A DNA stretch of 64,000 nucleotides, from the NCBI GenBank assembly GCA_964016885.1, contig OZ024744.1:10974001-11038000 (forward strand). Direction: 5' to 3'. Both the position numbers and the translations under genes were made by a program. Below are positions 1 through 15,549 of the stretch, in pieces (positions within the stretch are counted from its first letter, which is position 1; every line of letters starts with the position of its first letter). Below the pieces are notes generated by a model that saw only the letters and a list, made by a program, of their open reading frames with translations, was not told where the DNA came from and ran no database searches. The DNA comes from Eledone cirrhosa. Lineage: Eukaryota.

Positions 1-1319
1 TCCAATATGGTGTGTTGTTGTACTCCAATATTTTGTGTTGTCGTACTCCAATATGTGATGTTGTACTCCAATATGTCCTGTTGTTATACTCCAATATGTT
101 GTGTTGTTATACTCCAATATGTCATGGTGTTGTACTTCAATATGTCGTGTTGTTGTACTCCAATATGTTGTGTTGTTGTACTCCAATACGCGATGTTGTT
201 GTACTCCAATATGTTGTGTTGTTTTACTCCAATATCTTGTGTTGTTATACTCCAATATGTTGTGTTGTTATACTCCAATATGTTGTGTTTTTGTACTCCA
301 ACATGTTGTGCTGTTGTACTCCAATATGATGTGTTGTTGTACTCCAATATGATGTGCTGTTGTACTCCAATGTGTTGTGTTGTTGTACTCCAATATGTTG
401 TGCCGTTGTACTCCAATATTTTTTTGTTTTTGTACTCCAATATGTTGTGTTTTTATACTCCAATATGTTGTGTTGGTGTACTCCAATATGGTGTGCTGTT
501 GTACTCCAAATCTCGTGTTGTTATACTCCAATGTGTTGTGTTGTTATACTCCAATATGGTGTGTTGTTGTACTCCAATATGTTGTATTGTTTTTCTCCAA
601 TATGTCATGTTATACTCCAATATGTTGTGTTCGTGTACTCCAATATGTTGTGTTATTGTACTCCAATATGTTGCGTTCTTGTACTCCAATATGTTGTGTT
701 GTTATACTCCAATATGTTGTGTTGTTGTACTCCAATATGTTGTTTTGTTGTACTCCAATATGTCATGTTGTTGTACTCCAGTATGTCTTGTTATACTCCA
801 ATATGTCGTGTTGCTGTATTCCAATATGTTGTGTTGTTATTCTCCAATATGTTGTGCTGTTGTACTCCAATGTGTTATGTTGTTATACTCCAATATGTTG
901 TGCTGTGCTACTTCAATATATTGTGTTGTTGTACTCCAATGTGTTGTGTTGTTATACTCCAATATGTTGTGTTGTTATACTCCAATATGTTGTGTTGTTA
1001 TACTCCAATATGTTGTGTTGTTGTACTCCAATATGTTGTGTTGTGATACTCCAATATGTTGTGCTTTTGTACTCCAATATGTTGAGTTGTTATACTCCAA
1101 TATGTAGTGTTGTTATACTTCAATATGTTGTGTTGTTGTACTCCAATATGTTGTGTTGTTGTACTCCAATATGTTGTGTTGTTGTACTCCAACATGTTGT
1201 GTTGTTGTACTCCAATATGTGATATTGTTGTACTCCAATATGTCGCGTTGTTGTACTCCAATATGTTGTGTTGTTATACTCCAATATTTCGTGTTGTTTT
1301 ACTACAATATGTCATGTTT

Positions 1320-4300
1320 TTGTACTCCAGTATGTCTTGTTATACTCCAATATGTCGTGTTGCTGTACTCCAATATGTCATGCTGTTGTACTCCAATATG
1401 TTTTGCTGTTGTACTCCACTGTGTTGTGTTGTTGAACTCCAATATGTTGTGTTGTTGTTCTCCAATATTTTGTGCTGTTGTACTCCAATTTGTGTTGTTG
1501 TACTCCAATATGTTGTGTTGTTGTACTCCAATATGTTGTGTTGTTGTACTCCAATATGTTGTGTTGTTTTACTCCAATATGTTGTGCTGTTGTACTCCAA
1601 TATTTCGTGTTGTTGTACTCCAATATGTTTTGATGTTGTACTCAAATATGTTGTGCTGTTGTACTCCAATATGTTTTGATGTTGTACTCCAATATGTTGT
1701 GTTGTTGTACTCCAATATGTTGTGTAGTCGTACTCCAATATGTTGTGTTGTTGTACTCCAATATGCTGTGATGTTGTACTCCAATATGATGTGATGTTGT
1801 ACTCCAATGCGTTGTGTTGTTGTACTCCAATGTGATGTGTTGTTGTACTCCAATATGTTGTGCCGTTGTACTCCAATATTTTTTATATTTGTACTCCAAT
1901 ATGTTGTGTTGTTATACTCCAATATGTTGTGTTGTTATACTCCAATATGTTGTGCTGTTGTACTCCAAATCTCGTGTTGTTATACTCCAATGTGTTGTGT
2001 TGTTATACTCCAATATGGTGTGTTGTTGTAGTCCAATATGTTGTATTGTTTTTTTCCAATATGTCATGTTATACTCCAATATGTTGTGTTCGTGTACTCC
2101 AATATGTTGTGTTATTGTACTCCAATATGTTGCGTTGTTGTACTCCAATATGTCTTGTTATACTCCAATATGTCGTGTGGCTGTACTCCAATATGTCATG
2201 TTGTTGTACTCCAATATGTCTTGTTATAGTCCAATATGTCGTGTTGTTGTACTCCAATATGTCATGTAGTTGTATTCCAATATTTCGTGTTGTTGTACCC
2301 CAATATGTCGTGTTGTTTATACTCCAATATGTTTTGCTGTTGTACTCCAATATGTTGTGTTGCTGTATTCCAATATGTTGTGTTGTTATTCTCCAATATG
2401 TTGTGCTGTTGTACTCCAATGTGTTATGTTGTTATACTCCAATATGTTGTGCTGTGCTACTCCAATATATTGTGTTGTTGTACTCCAATGTGTTGTGTTG
2501 TTATACTCCAATATGTTGTGTTGTTATACTCCAATATGTTGTGTTGTTATACTCCAATATGTTGTGTTGTTGTACTCCAATATGTTGTGTTGTGATACTC
2601 CAATATGTTGTGCTTTTGTACTCCAATATGTTGAGTTGTTATACTCCAATATGTAGTGTTGTTATACTTCAATATGTTGTGTTGTTGTACTCCAATATGT
2701 TGTGTTGTTGTACTCCAATATGTTGTGCTGTTGTACTCCAATGTGTTATGTTGTTATACTCCAATATGTTGTGCTGTGCTACTCCAATATATTGTGTTGT
2801 TGTACTCCAATGTGTTGTGTTGTTATACTCCAATATGTTGTGTTGATTTACTCCAATATCTTGTGTTGTTGTACTCCAATCTGTTGTGTTGTTATACTCC
2901 AATATGTTGTGTTGTTATACTCCAATATGTTGTGTTGTTTTACTCCAATATGTTGTGTTGTTGTACTCCAATATGTTGTGTTGTTGTACTCCAATATGTT
3001 GTGTTGTTGTAATCCAATATCTTGTGTTGTTATACTCCAATATGTTGTGTTGTTGTACTCCAATATGTTGTGTTGTTATACTCCAATATGTTGTGTTGTG
3101 ATACTCCAATATGTTGTGCTGTTGTACTCCAATGTGTTGTGTTGTTATACTCCAATATGTTGTGTTGTTTTACTCCAATATGTTGTGTTGTTGTACTCCA
3201 ATATGTTGTATTGTTGTTCTCCAATATGTCATGTTATACTCCAATAAGTTGTGTTCTTGTACTCCAATATGTTGTGTTGTTGTACTCCAATATATAATGT
3301 TGTCGTACTCCAATATGTCATGTTATACTCCAATATGTCGTTGTTATACTCCAATATGTCATGTTGTTGTACTCCAATATGTCGTATTGTTGTACTCCAA
3401 TATGTTTTGATGTTGTACTCCAATATGTTGTGTTGTTGTACTCCAATATGTTGTGTAGTCGTACTCCAATATGTTGTATTGTTATACTCCAATATGTTGT
3501 GCTGTTGTACTCCAATATGTTCTGTTGTTGTACTCCAATATATTGTGTTGTTGTACTCCAATACGTCGTGTTGTTGTACTCCAATAGGTCGTGTTGTTGT
3601 ACTCCAATATGTTGTGTTGTTGTACTCCAATATGTTGTGTTGTTGTACTCCAATATGTTGTGTTGTTATACTCCAATATGTTATGTTGTTGTACTCCAAT
3701 ATGTCATGTTGTTGTACTCCAATATGTTTGATGTTGTACTCCAATATGTTGTGTTGTTGTACTCCAATATGTTCTGGTGTTGTACTCCAATATGTTGTGT
3801 TGTTGTACTCCAATATGTTGTGTAGTCGTACTCCAATATGTTGTGTTGTTGTACTCCAATATGCTGTGATGTTGTACTCCAATATGATGTGCTGTTGTAC
3901 TCCAATGCGTTGTGTTGTTGTACTCCAATATGCTGTGTTGTTATACTCCAATATGTTGTGTTGTTGTACTCCAATATGTTGTGTTGTTGTACTCCAATAT
4001 GTTGTGTTGTTGTAATCCAATATCTTGTGTTGTTATACTCCAATATGTTGTGCTGTTGTACTCCAATATGTTGAGTTGTTATACTCCAATATGTAGTGTT
4101 GTTATACTCCAATATGTTGTGTTGTTGTACTCCAATCTGTTGCGTTATACTCCAATATGTTGTGTTGTTATACTCCAATATGTTGTGTTGTTATACTCCA
4201 ATATGTTGTGTTGTTTTACTCCAATATGTTGTATTGTTGATCTCCAATATGTCATATTATACTCCAATAAGTTGTGTTCTTGTACTCCAATATGTGTTGT

Positions 4301-7300
4301 TGTTGTACTCCAATATGTTGCGTTGTTGTACTCCAATATATCATGTTGTCGTACTCCAATATGTCATGTTATACTCCAATATGTTTTGATGCTGTACTCC
4401 AATATGTTGTGTTGTTGTACTACAATATGCTGTGTTGTTGTACTCCAATATGTTGTGTTGTTATACTCCAATATGTTGTGTTGTTGTACTCCAATTTGTT
4501 GTGTTGTTATACTCCAATATGTAGTGTTGTTATACTCCAATATGTTGTGTTGTTGTACTCCAATCTGTTGTGTTGTTATACTCCAATATATTGTGTTGTT
4601 ATACTCCAATATGTTGTGTTGTTTTACTCCAATATGTTGTGTTGTACTCCAATATGTTGTATTGTTGTTCTCCAATATGTCATGTTATACTCCAATAAGT
4701 GGTGTTCTTGTACTCCAATATGTTGTGTTGTTGTACTCCAATATGTTGTTTTGTTGTACTCCAATATATCATGTTGTCGTACTCCAATATGTCACGTTAT
4801 ACTCCAATATGTCGTTGTTATACTCCAATATGTCATGATGTTGTACTCCAATGTGTCGTGTTCTTGTACTCCAATATGTCGTGTTGTCGTACTCCAATAT
4901 GTTGTGTTGTTGTACTCCAATATGTTGTGCTGTTGTACTCCAATATGTCGTGTTGTTGTACTCCAATATGTTGTGTTGTTATACTCCAATATGTTATGTT
5001 GTTGTACTCCAATATGTCTTGTTGTTGTACTCCAATATGTTTTGATGTTGTACTCCAATATGTTGTGTTGTTGCACTCCAATATGTTTTGATGTTGTACT
5101 CCAATATGTTGTGTTGTTGTACTCCAATATGTTGTGTAGTCGTACTCCAATATGTTGTGTTGTTGTACTCTAATATGTTTTGTTGTTATTCTCCAATATG
5201 TTGTGATGTTGTACTCCAATGTGTTGTGTTGTTGTACTCCAATGTGATGTGTTGTTGTACTCCAAAATGTTGTGCTGTTGTACTCCAATATTTTTTGTTT
5301 TTTGTACTCCAATATGTTGTGTTGTTATACTCCAATATGTTGTGTTGTTATACTCCAATATGTTGTGCTGTTGTACTCCAAATCTCGTGTTGTTATACTC
5401 CAATGTGTTGTGTTGTTATACTCCAATATGGTGTGTTGTTGTACTCCAATATGTTGTATTGTTTTCTCCAATATGTCATGTTATACTCCAATATGGTGTG
5501 TTCGTGTACGCCAATATGTTGTGTTATTGTACTCCAATATGTTGCGTTGTTGTACTCCAATATGTTGTGTTGTTATACTCCAATATGTCGTGTGGCTGTA
5601 CTCCAATATGTCATGTTGTTGTACTCCAATATGTCTTGTTATAGTCCAATATGTCGTGTTGTTGTACTCCAATATATCATGTAGTTGTACTCCAATATTT
5701 CGTGTTGTTGTACCCCAATATGTAATGTTGTTTATACTCCAATATGTTTTGCTGTTGTACTCCAATATGTTGTGTTGCTGTACTCCTATATGTTGTGTTG
5801 TTATTCTCCAATATGTTGTGCTGTTGTACTCCAATGTGTTGTGTTGTTATACTCCAATATGTTCTGTTGTTGTACTCCAATATGTTGTGTTGTTGTACTC
5901 CAATATGTTGTGTTGTTGTACTCCAATGTGCTGTGTTGTTGTACTCCAATATGTTGTGTTGTTGTACTCCAATATGTTGTGTTGTTGTACTCCAATATGT
6001 TGTGTTGTTATACTCCAATATTTCGTGTGGTTGTACTCCAATCTGTTGTGTTGTTGTACTCCAATGTGTTGTGTTGTTGTACTCCAATATGTTGTGCCGT
6101 TGTACTCCAATATGTCATGTTATACTCCAATATGTTGTGTTCGTGTACTCCAATATGTTGTGTTATTGTACTCCAATATGTTGCGTTGTTGTACTCCAAT
6201 ATGTTGTGTTGTTATACTCCAATATGTTGTGTTGTTGTACTCCAATATGTCATGTTGTTGTACTCCAGTATGTCTTGTTATACTCCAATATGTCGTGTTG
6301 CTGTACTCCAATATGTCATGCTGTTGTACTCCAATATTTCGTGTCGTTGTACTCCAATATGTCGTGCTTTTGTACTCCAATATGTTTTGCTGTTGTACTC
6401 CACTGTGTTGTGTTGTTGAACTCCAATATGTTGTGTTGTTGTTCTCCAATATTTGGTGCTGTTGTACTCCAATGTGTTGTGTTGTTATACTCCAATATGT
6501 TGTGTTGTGATACTCCAATGTGTTGTGTTGTTGTACTCCAATATGTTGTGTTGTTGTACTCCAATATGTTGTGTTGTTATACTCCAATGTGGTGTGCTGT
6601 TGTAATCCAATATGTTATGTTGTACTCCAATATGTTGTGTTGTTATACTCCAATATGTAGTGTTGTTATACTCCAACATGTTGTGTTGTTGTACCCCAAT
6701 ATGTCGTGTTGATTATACTACAATTTTTGTTGCTGTTGTACTCCAATATGTTGTGTTGTTGTACTCTAATATGTTGTGTTGTTATTCTCCAATATGTTGT
6801 GCTGTTGTACTCCAATGTGTTATGTTGTTATACTCCAATATGTTGTGCTGTGATACTCCAATATGTCATGTTGTTGTACTCCAGTATGTCTTGTTATACT
6901 CCAATATGTCGTGTTGCTGTACTCCAATATGTCATGCTGTTGTACTCCAATATGTTTTGCTGTTGTACTCCACTGTGTTGTGTTGTTGAACTCCAATATG
7001 TTGTGTTGTTGTTCTCCAATATTTTGTGCTGTTGTACTCCAATTTGTGTTGTTGTACTCCAATATGTTGTGTTGTTGTACTCCAATATGTTGTGTTGTTG
7101 TACTCCAATATGTTGTGTTGTTATACTCCAATATGTTGTGCTGTTGTACTCCAATATTTCGTGTTGTTGTACTCCAATACGTCGTGTTGTTGTACTCCAA
7201 TATGTTTTGATGCTGTACTCAAATATGTTGTGTTGTTGTACTCAAATATGTTTTGATGTTGTACTCCAATATGTTGTGTTGTTGTACTCCAATATGTTGT

Positions 7301-10300
7301 GTAGTCGTACTCCAATATGTTGTGTTGTTGTACTCCAATATGCTGTGATGTTGTACTCCAATATGATGTGATGTTGTACTACAATGCGTTGTGTTGTTGT
7401 ACTCCAATGTGATGTGTTGTTGTACTCCAATATGTTGTGCCGTTGTACTCCAATATTTTTTATATTTGTACTCCAATATGTTGTGTTGTTATACTCCAAT
7501 ATGTTGTGTTGTTATACTCCAATATGTTGTGCTGTTGTACTCCAAATCTCGTGTTGTTATACTCCAATGTGTTGTGTTGTTATACTCCAATATGGTGTGT
7601 TGTTGTAGTCCAATATGTTGTATTGTTTTTTTCCAATATGTCATGTTATACTCCAATATGTTGTGTTCGTGTACTCCAATATGTTGTGTTATTGTACTCC
7701 AATATGTTGCGTTGTTGTACTCCAATATGTCTTGTTATACTCCAATATGTCGTGTGGCTGTACTCCAATATGTCATGTTGTTGTACTCCAATATGTCTTG
7801 TTATAGTCCAATATGTCGTGTTGTTGTACTCCAATATGTCATGTAGTTGTATTCCAATATTTCGTGTTGTTGTACCCCAATATGTCGTGTTGTTTATACT
7901 CCAATATGTTTTGCTGTTGTACTCCAATATGTTGTGTTGCTGTATTCCAATATGTTGTGTTGTTATTCTCCAATATGTTGTGCTGTTGTACTCCAATGTG
8001 TTATGTTGTTATACTCCAATATGTTGTGCTGTGCTACTCCAATATATTGTGTTGTTGTACTCCAATGTGTTGTGTTGTTATACTCCAATATGTTGTGTTG
8101 TTATACTCCAATATGTTGTGTTGTTATACTCCAATATGTTGTGTTGTTGTACTCCAATATGTTGTGTTGTGATACTCCAATATGTTGTGCTTTTGTACTC
8201 CAATATGTTGAGTTGTTATACTCCAATATGTAGTGTTGTTATACTTCAATATGTTGTGTTGTTGTACTCCAATATGTTGTGTTGTTGTACTCCAATATGT
8301 TGTGCTGTTGTACTCCAATGTGTTATGTTGTTATACTCCAATATGTTGTGCTGTGCTACTCCAATATATTGTGTTGTTGTACTCCAATGTGTTGTGTTGT
8401 TATACTCCAATATGTTGTGTTGATTTACTCCAATATCTTGTGTTGTTGTACTCCAATCTGTTGTTATACTCCAATATGTTGTGTTGTTATACTCCAATAT
8501 GTTGTGTTGTTTTACTCCAATATGTTGTGTTGTTGTACTCCAATATGTTGTGTTGTTGTACTCCAATATGTTGTGTTGTTGTAATCCAATATCTTGTGTT
8601 GTTATACTCCAATATGTTGTGTTGTTGTACTCCAATATGTTGTGTTGTTATACTCCAATATGTTGTGTTGTGATACTCCAATATGTTGTGCTGTTGTACT
8701 CCAATGTGTTGTGTTGTTATACTCCAATATGTTGTGTTGTTTTACTCCAATATGTTGTGTTGTTGTACTCCAATATGTTGTATTGTTGTTCTCCAATATG
8801 TCATGTTATACTCCAATAAGTTGTGTTCTTGTACTCCAATATGTTGTGTTGTTGTACTCCAATATATAATGTTGTCGTACTCCAATATGTCATGTTATAC
8901 TCCAATATGTCGTTGTTATACTCCAATATGTCATGTTGTTGTACTCCAATATGTCGTATTGTTGTACTCCAATATGTTTTGATGTTGTACTCCAATATGT
9001 TGTGTTGTTGTACTCCAATATGTTGTGTAGTCGTACTCCAATATGTTGTATTGTTATACTCCAATATGTTGTGCTGTTGTACTCCAATATGTTCTGTTGT
9101 TGTACTCCAATATATTGTGTTGTTGTACTCCAATACGTCGTGTTGTTGTACTCCAATAGGTCGTGTTGTTGTACTCCAATATGTTGTGTTGTTGTACTCC
9201 AATATGTTGTGTTGTTGTACTCCAATATGTTGTGTTGTTATACTCCAATATGTTATGTTGTTGTACTCCAATATGTCATGTTGTTGTACTCCAATATGTT
9301 TGATGTTGTACTCCAATATGTTGTGTTGTTGTACTCCAATATGTTCTGGTGTTGTACTCCAATATGGTGTGTTGTTGTACTCCAATATGTTGTGTAGTCG
9401 TACTCCAATATGTTGTGTTGTTGTACTCCAATATGCTGTGATGTTGTACTCCAATATGATGTGCTGTTGTACTCCAATGCGTTGTGTTGTTGTACTCCAA
9501 TATGCTGTGTTGTTATACTCCAATATGTTGTGTTGTTGTACTCCAATATGTTGTGTTGTTGTACTCCAATATGTTGTGTTGTTGTAATCCAATATCTTGT
9601 GTTGTTATACTCCAATATGTTGTGCTGTTGTACTCCAATATGTTGAGTTGTTATACTCCAATATGTAGTGTTGTTATACTCCAATATGTTGTGTTGTTGT
9701 ACTCCAATCTGTTGCGTTATACTCCAATATGTTGTGTTGTTATACTCCAATATGTTGTGTTGTTATACTCCAATATGTTGTGTTGTTTTACTCCAATATG
9801 TTGTATTGTTGATCTCCAATATGTCATATTATACTCCAATAAGTTGTGTTCTTGTACTCCAATATGTGTTGTTGTTGTACTCCAATATGTTGCGTTGTTG
9901 TACTCCAATATATCATGTTGTCGTACTCCAATATGTCATGTTATACTCCAATATGTTTTGATGCTGTACTCCAATATGTTGTGTTGTTGTACTACAATAT
10001 GCTGTGTTGTTGTACTCCAATATGTTGTGTTGTTATACTCCAATATGTTGTGTTGTTGTACTCCAATTTGTTGTGTTGTTATACTCCAATATGTAGTGTT
10101 GTTATACTCCAATATGTTGTGTTGTTGTACTCCAATCTGTTGTGTTGTTATACTCCAATATATTGTGTTGTTATACTCCAATATGTTGTGTTGTTTTACT
10201 CCAATATGTTGTGTTGTACTCCAATATGTTGTATTGTTGTTCTCCAATATGTCATGTTATACTCCAATAAGTGGTGTTCTTGTACTCCAATATGTTGTGT

Positions 10301-13300
10301 TGTTGTACTCCAATATGTTGTTTTGTTGTACTCCAATATATCATGTTGTCGTACTCCAATATGTCACGTTATACTCCAATATGTCGTTGTTATACTCCAA
10401 TATGTCATGATGTTGTACTCCAATGTGTCGTGTTCTTGTACTCCAATATGTCGTGTTGTCGTACTCCAATATGTTGTGTTGTTGTACTCCAATATGTTGT
10501 GCTGTTGTACTCCAATATGTTGTGTTGTTGTACTCCAATATGTTGTGTTGTTATACTCCAATATGTTATGTTGTTGTACTCCAATATGTCTTGTTGTTGT
10601 ACTCCAATATGTTTTGATGTTGTACTCCAATATGTTGTGTTGTTGCACTCCAATATGTTTTGATGTTGTACTCCAATATGTTGTGTTGTTGTACTCCAAT
10701 ATGTTGTGTAGTCGTACTCCAATATGTTGTGTTGTTGTACTCTAATATGTTTTGTTGTTATTCTCCAATATGTTGTGATGTTGTACTCCAATGTGTTGTG
10801 TTGTTGTACTCCAATGTGATGTGTTGTTGTACTCCAAAATGTTGTGCTGTTGTACTCCAATATTTTTTGTTTTTTGTACTCCAATATGTTGTGTTGTTAT
10901 ACTCCAATATGTTGTGTTGTTATACTCCAATATGTTGTGCTGTTGTACTCCAAATCTCGTGTTGTTATACTCCAATGTGTTGTGTTGTTATACTCCAATA
11001 TGGTGTGTTGTTGTACTCCAATATGTTGTATTGTTTTCTCCAATATGTCATGTTATACTCCAATATGGTGTGTTCGTGTACGCCAATATGTTGTGTTATT
11101 GTACTCCAATATGTTGCGTTGTTGTATTCCAATATGTTGTGTTGTTATACTCCAATATGTCGTGTGGCTGTACTCCAATATGTCATGTTGTTGTACTCCA
11201 ATATGTCTTGTTATAGTCCAATATGTCGTGTTGTTGTACTCCAATATATCATGTAGTTGTACTCCAATATTTCGTGTTGTTGTACCCCAATATGTAATGT
11301 TGTTTATACTCCAATATGTTTTGCTGTTGTACTCCAATATGTTGTGTTGCTGTACTCCTATATGTTGTGTTGTTATTCTCCAATATGTTGTGCTGTTGTA
11401 CTCCAATGTGTTGTGTTGTTATACTCCAATATGTTCTGTTGTTGTACTCCAATATGTTGTGTTGTTGTACTCCAATATGTTGTGTTGTTGTACTCCAATG
11501 TGCTGTGTTGTTGTACTCCAATATGTTGTGTTGTTGTACTCCAATATGTTGTGTTGTTGTACTCCAATATGTTGTGTTGTTATACTCCAATATTTCGTGT
11601 GGTTGTACTCCAATCTGTTGTGTTGTTGTACTCCAATGTGTTGTGTTGTTGTACTCCAATATGTTGTGCCGTTGTACTCCAATATGTCATGTTATACTCC
11701 AATATGTTGTGTTCGTGTACTCCAATATGTTGTGTTATTGTACTCCAATATGTTGCGTTGTTGTACTCCAATATGTTGTGTTGTTATACTCCAATATGTT
11801 GTGTTGTTGTACTCCAATATGTCATGTTGTTGTACTCCAGTATGTCTTGTTATACTCCAATATGTCGTGTTGCTGTACTCCAATATGTCATGCTGTTGTA
11901 CTCCAATATTTCGTGTCGTTGTACTCCAATATGTCGTGCTTTTGTACTCCAATATGTTTTGCTGTTGTACTCCACTGTGTTGTGTTGTTGAACTCCAATA
12001 TGTTGTGTTGTTGTTCTCCAATATTTGGTGCTGTTGTACTCCAATGTGTTGTGTTGTTATACTCCAATATGTTGTGTTGTGATACTCCAATGTGTTGTGT
12101 TGTTGTACTCCAATATGTTGTGTTGTTGTACTCCAATATGTTGTGTTGTTATACTCCAATGTGGTGTGCTGTTGTAATCCAATATGTTATGTTGTACTCC
12201 AATATGTTGTGTTGTTATACTCCAATATGTAGTGTTGTTATACTCCAACATGTTGTGTTGTTGTACCCCAATATGTCGTGTTGATTATACTACAATTTTT
12301 GTTGCTGTTGTACTCCAATATGTTGTGTTGTTGTACTCTAATATGTTGTGTTGTTATTCTCCAATATGTTGTGCTGTTGTACTCCAATGTGTTATGTTGT
12401 TATACTCCAATATGTTGTGCTGTGATACTCCAATATGTCATGTTGTTGTACTCCAGTATGTCTTGTTATACTCCAATATGTCGTGTTGCTGTACTCCAAT
12501 ATGTCATGCTGTTGTACTCCAATATGTTTTGCTGTTGTACTCCACTGTGTTGTGTTGTTGAACTCCAATATGTTGTGTTGTTGTTCTCCAATATTTTGTG
12601 CTGTTGTACTCCAATTTGTGTTGTTGTACTCCAATATGTTGTGTTGTTGTACTCCAATATGTTGTGTTGTTGTACTCCAATATGTTGTGTTGTTATACTC
12701 CAATATGTTGTGCTGTTGTACTCCAATATTTCGTGTTGTTGTACTCCAATACGTCGTGTTGTTGTACTCCAATATGTTTTGATGTTATACTCAAATATGT
12801 TGTGTTGTTGTACTCCAATATGTTTTGATGTTGTACTCCAATATGTTGTGTTGTTGTACTCCAATATGTTGTGTAGTCGTACTCCAATATGTTGTGTTGT
12901 TGTACTCCAATATGCTGTGATGTTGTACTCCAATATGATGTGATGTTGTACTACAATGCGTTGTGTTGTTGTACTCCAATGTGATGTGTTGTTGTACTCC
13001 AATATGTTGTGCCGTTGTACTCCAATATTTTTTATTTTTGTACTCCAATATGTTGTGTTGTTATACTCCAATATGTTGTGTTGTTATACTCCAATATGTT
13101 GTGTTGTTGTACTCCAAATCTCGTGTTGTTATACTCCAATGTGTTGTGTTGTTATACTCCAATATGGTGTGTTGTTGTAGTCCAATATGTTGTATTGTTT
13201 TTCTTCCAATATGTCATGTTATACTCCAATATGTTGTGTTCGTGTACTCCAATATGTTGTGTTATTGTACTCCAATATGTTGCGTTGTTGTACTCCAATA
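1320..13300. repeat. ~5.57-kb higher-order repeat, ~2.1 tandem copies (~245 monomers per unit)
   Basis: Matching ORF translations recur at offset 5577 (1807/7384, 1860/7437, 2270/7847) and then 5572 (3229/8801, 3912/9484, 5272/10844, 6706/12278, 7384/12956). The offset change matches a 5-bp deletion: AATCTGTTGTGTTGTTATAC at ~2878 versus AATCTGTTGTTATAC at ~8455. Confidence 0.9.
2400..2850. repeat. Local 322-bp (14-monomer) offset repeat of a variant block; also at ~7980-8420 and ~48130-48570
   Basis: The block GTGCTGTTGTACTCCAATGTGTTATG...GCTGTGCTACTCCAATATATTG occurs at ~2403 and ~2725. The equivalent region near 16400 has only one copy. Confidence 0.75.
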
Positions 13301-15549
13301 TGTTGTGTTGTTATACTCCAATATGTTGTGTTGTTGTACTCAAATATGTTGTGTTGTTATACTCCAATATGTTGTGCTGTTGTACTCCAATATGTTGTGT
13401 TGTTATACTCCAATATGTAGTGTTGTTATACTCCAATATGTTGTGTTGTTGTACTCCAATCTGTTGTGTTGTTATACTCCAATATGTTGTGTTGTTGTAC
13501 TCCAATATGTTGTATTGTTGTTCTCCAATATGTCATGTTATACTCCAATAAGTTGTGTTCTTGTACACCAATATGTTGTGTTGTTGTACTCCAATATGTT
13601 GTTTTGTTGTACTCCAATATATCATGTTGTCGTACTCCAATATGTCACGTTATACTCCAATATGTCGTTGTTATACTCCAATATGTCACGATGTTGTACT
13701 CCAATATGTCGTGTTCTTGTACTCCAATATGTCGTGTTGTCGTACTCCAATATGTTGTGTTGTTGTACTCCAATATGTTGTGTTGTTGTACTCCAATATG
13801 TTGTGTTGTTGTACTCCAATATGTTGTGTTGTTATACTCCAATATGTTGTGCTGTTGTACTCCAATATTTCGTGTTGTTGTACTCCAATACATCGTGTTG
13901 TACTCCAATATGTTGTGTTGTTATACTCCAATATGTTATGTTGTTGTACTCCAATATGTCTTGTTGTTGTACTCCAATATGTTTTGATGTTGTACTCCAA
14001 TATGTTGTATTGTTGTACTCTAATATGTTTTGTTGTTATTCTCCAATATGTTGTGATGTTGTACTCCAATGTGTTGTGTTGTTGTACTCCAATGTGATGT
14101 GTTGTTGTACTCCAAAATGTTGTGATGTTGTACTCCAATATTTTTTTGTTTTTTGTACTCCAATATGTTGTGTTGTTATACTCCAATATGCTGTGTTGTT
14201 ATACTCCAATATGTTGTGCTGTTGTACTCCAAATCTCGTGTTGTTATACTCCAATGTGTTGTGTTGTTATACTCCAATATGGTGTGTTGTTGTACTCCAA
14301 TATGTTGTATTGTTTTCTCCAATATGTCATGTTATACTCCAATATGGTGTGTTCGTGTACGCCAATATGTTGTGTTATTGTACTCCAATATGTTGCGTTG
14401 TTGTACTCCAATATGTTGTGTTGTTATACTCCAATATGTCGTGTGGCTGTACTCCAATATGTCATGTTGTTGTACTCCAATATGTCTTGTTATAGTCCAA
14501 TATGTCGTGTTGTTGTACTCCAATATATCATGTAGTTGTACTCCAATATTTCGTGTTGTTGTACCCCAATATGTAGTGTTGTTTATACTCCAATATGTTT
14601 TGCTGTTGTACTCCAATATGTTGTGTTGCTGTACTCCTATATGTTGTGTTGTTATTCTCCAATATGTTGTGCTGTTGTACTCCAATGTGTTGTGTTGTTA
14701 TACTCCAATATGTTCTGTTGTTGTACTCCAATATGTTGTGTTGTTGTACTCCAATATGTTGTGTTGTTATACTCCAATATGTTGTGCCGTTGTACTCCAA
14801 TATGTCATGTTATACTCCAATATGTTGTGTTCGTGTACTCCAATATGTTGTGTTATTGTACTCCAATATGTTGCGTTGTTGTACTCCAATATGTTGTGTT
14901 GTTATACTCCAATATGTTGTGTTGTTGTACTCCAATATGTCATGTTGTTGTACTCCAGTATGTCTTGTTATACTCCAATATGTCGTGTTTCTGTACTCCA
15001 ATATGTCATGCTGTTGTACTCCAATATTTCGTGTCGTTGTACTCCAATATGTCGTGCTTTTGTACTCCAATATGTTTTGCTGTTGTACTCCACTGTGTTG
15101 TGTTGTTGAACTCCAATATGTTGTGTTGTTGTTCTCCAATATTTTGTGCTGTTGTACTCCAATGTGTTGTGTTGTTATACTCCAATATGTTGTGTTGTGA
15201 TACTCCAATGTGTTGTGCTGTTGTAATACAATATGTTATGTTGTACTCCAATATGCTGTGTTGTTATACTCCAATATGTAGTGTTGTTATACTCCAATAT
15301 GTTGTGTTGTTGTACCCCAATATGTCGTGTTGATTATACTACAATTTTTGTTGCTGTTGTACTCCAATATGTTGTGTTGTTGTACTCTAATATGTTGTGT
15401 TGTTATTCTCCAATATGTTGTGCTGTTGTACTCCAATGTGTTATGTTGTTATACTCCAATATGTTGTGCTGTGATACTCCAATATGTTGTGTTGTTGTAC
15501 TCCAATCTGTTGTGTTGTTATACTCCAATATATTGTGTTGTTATACTCC

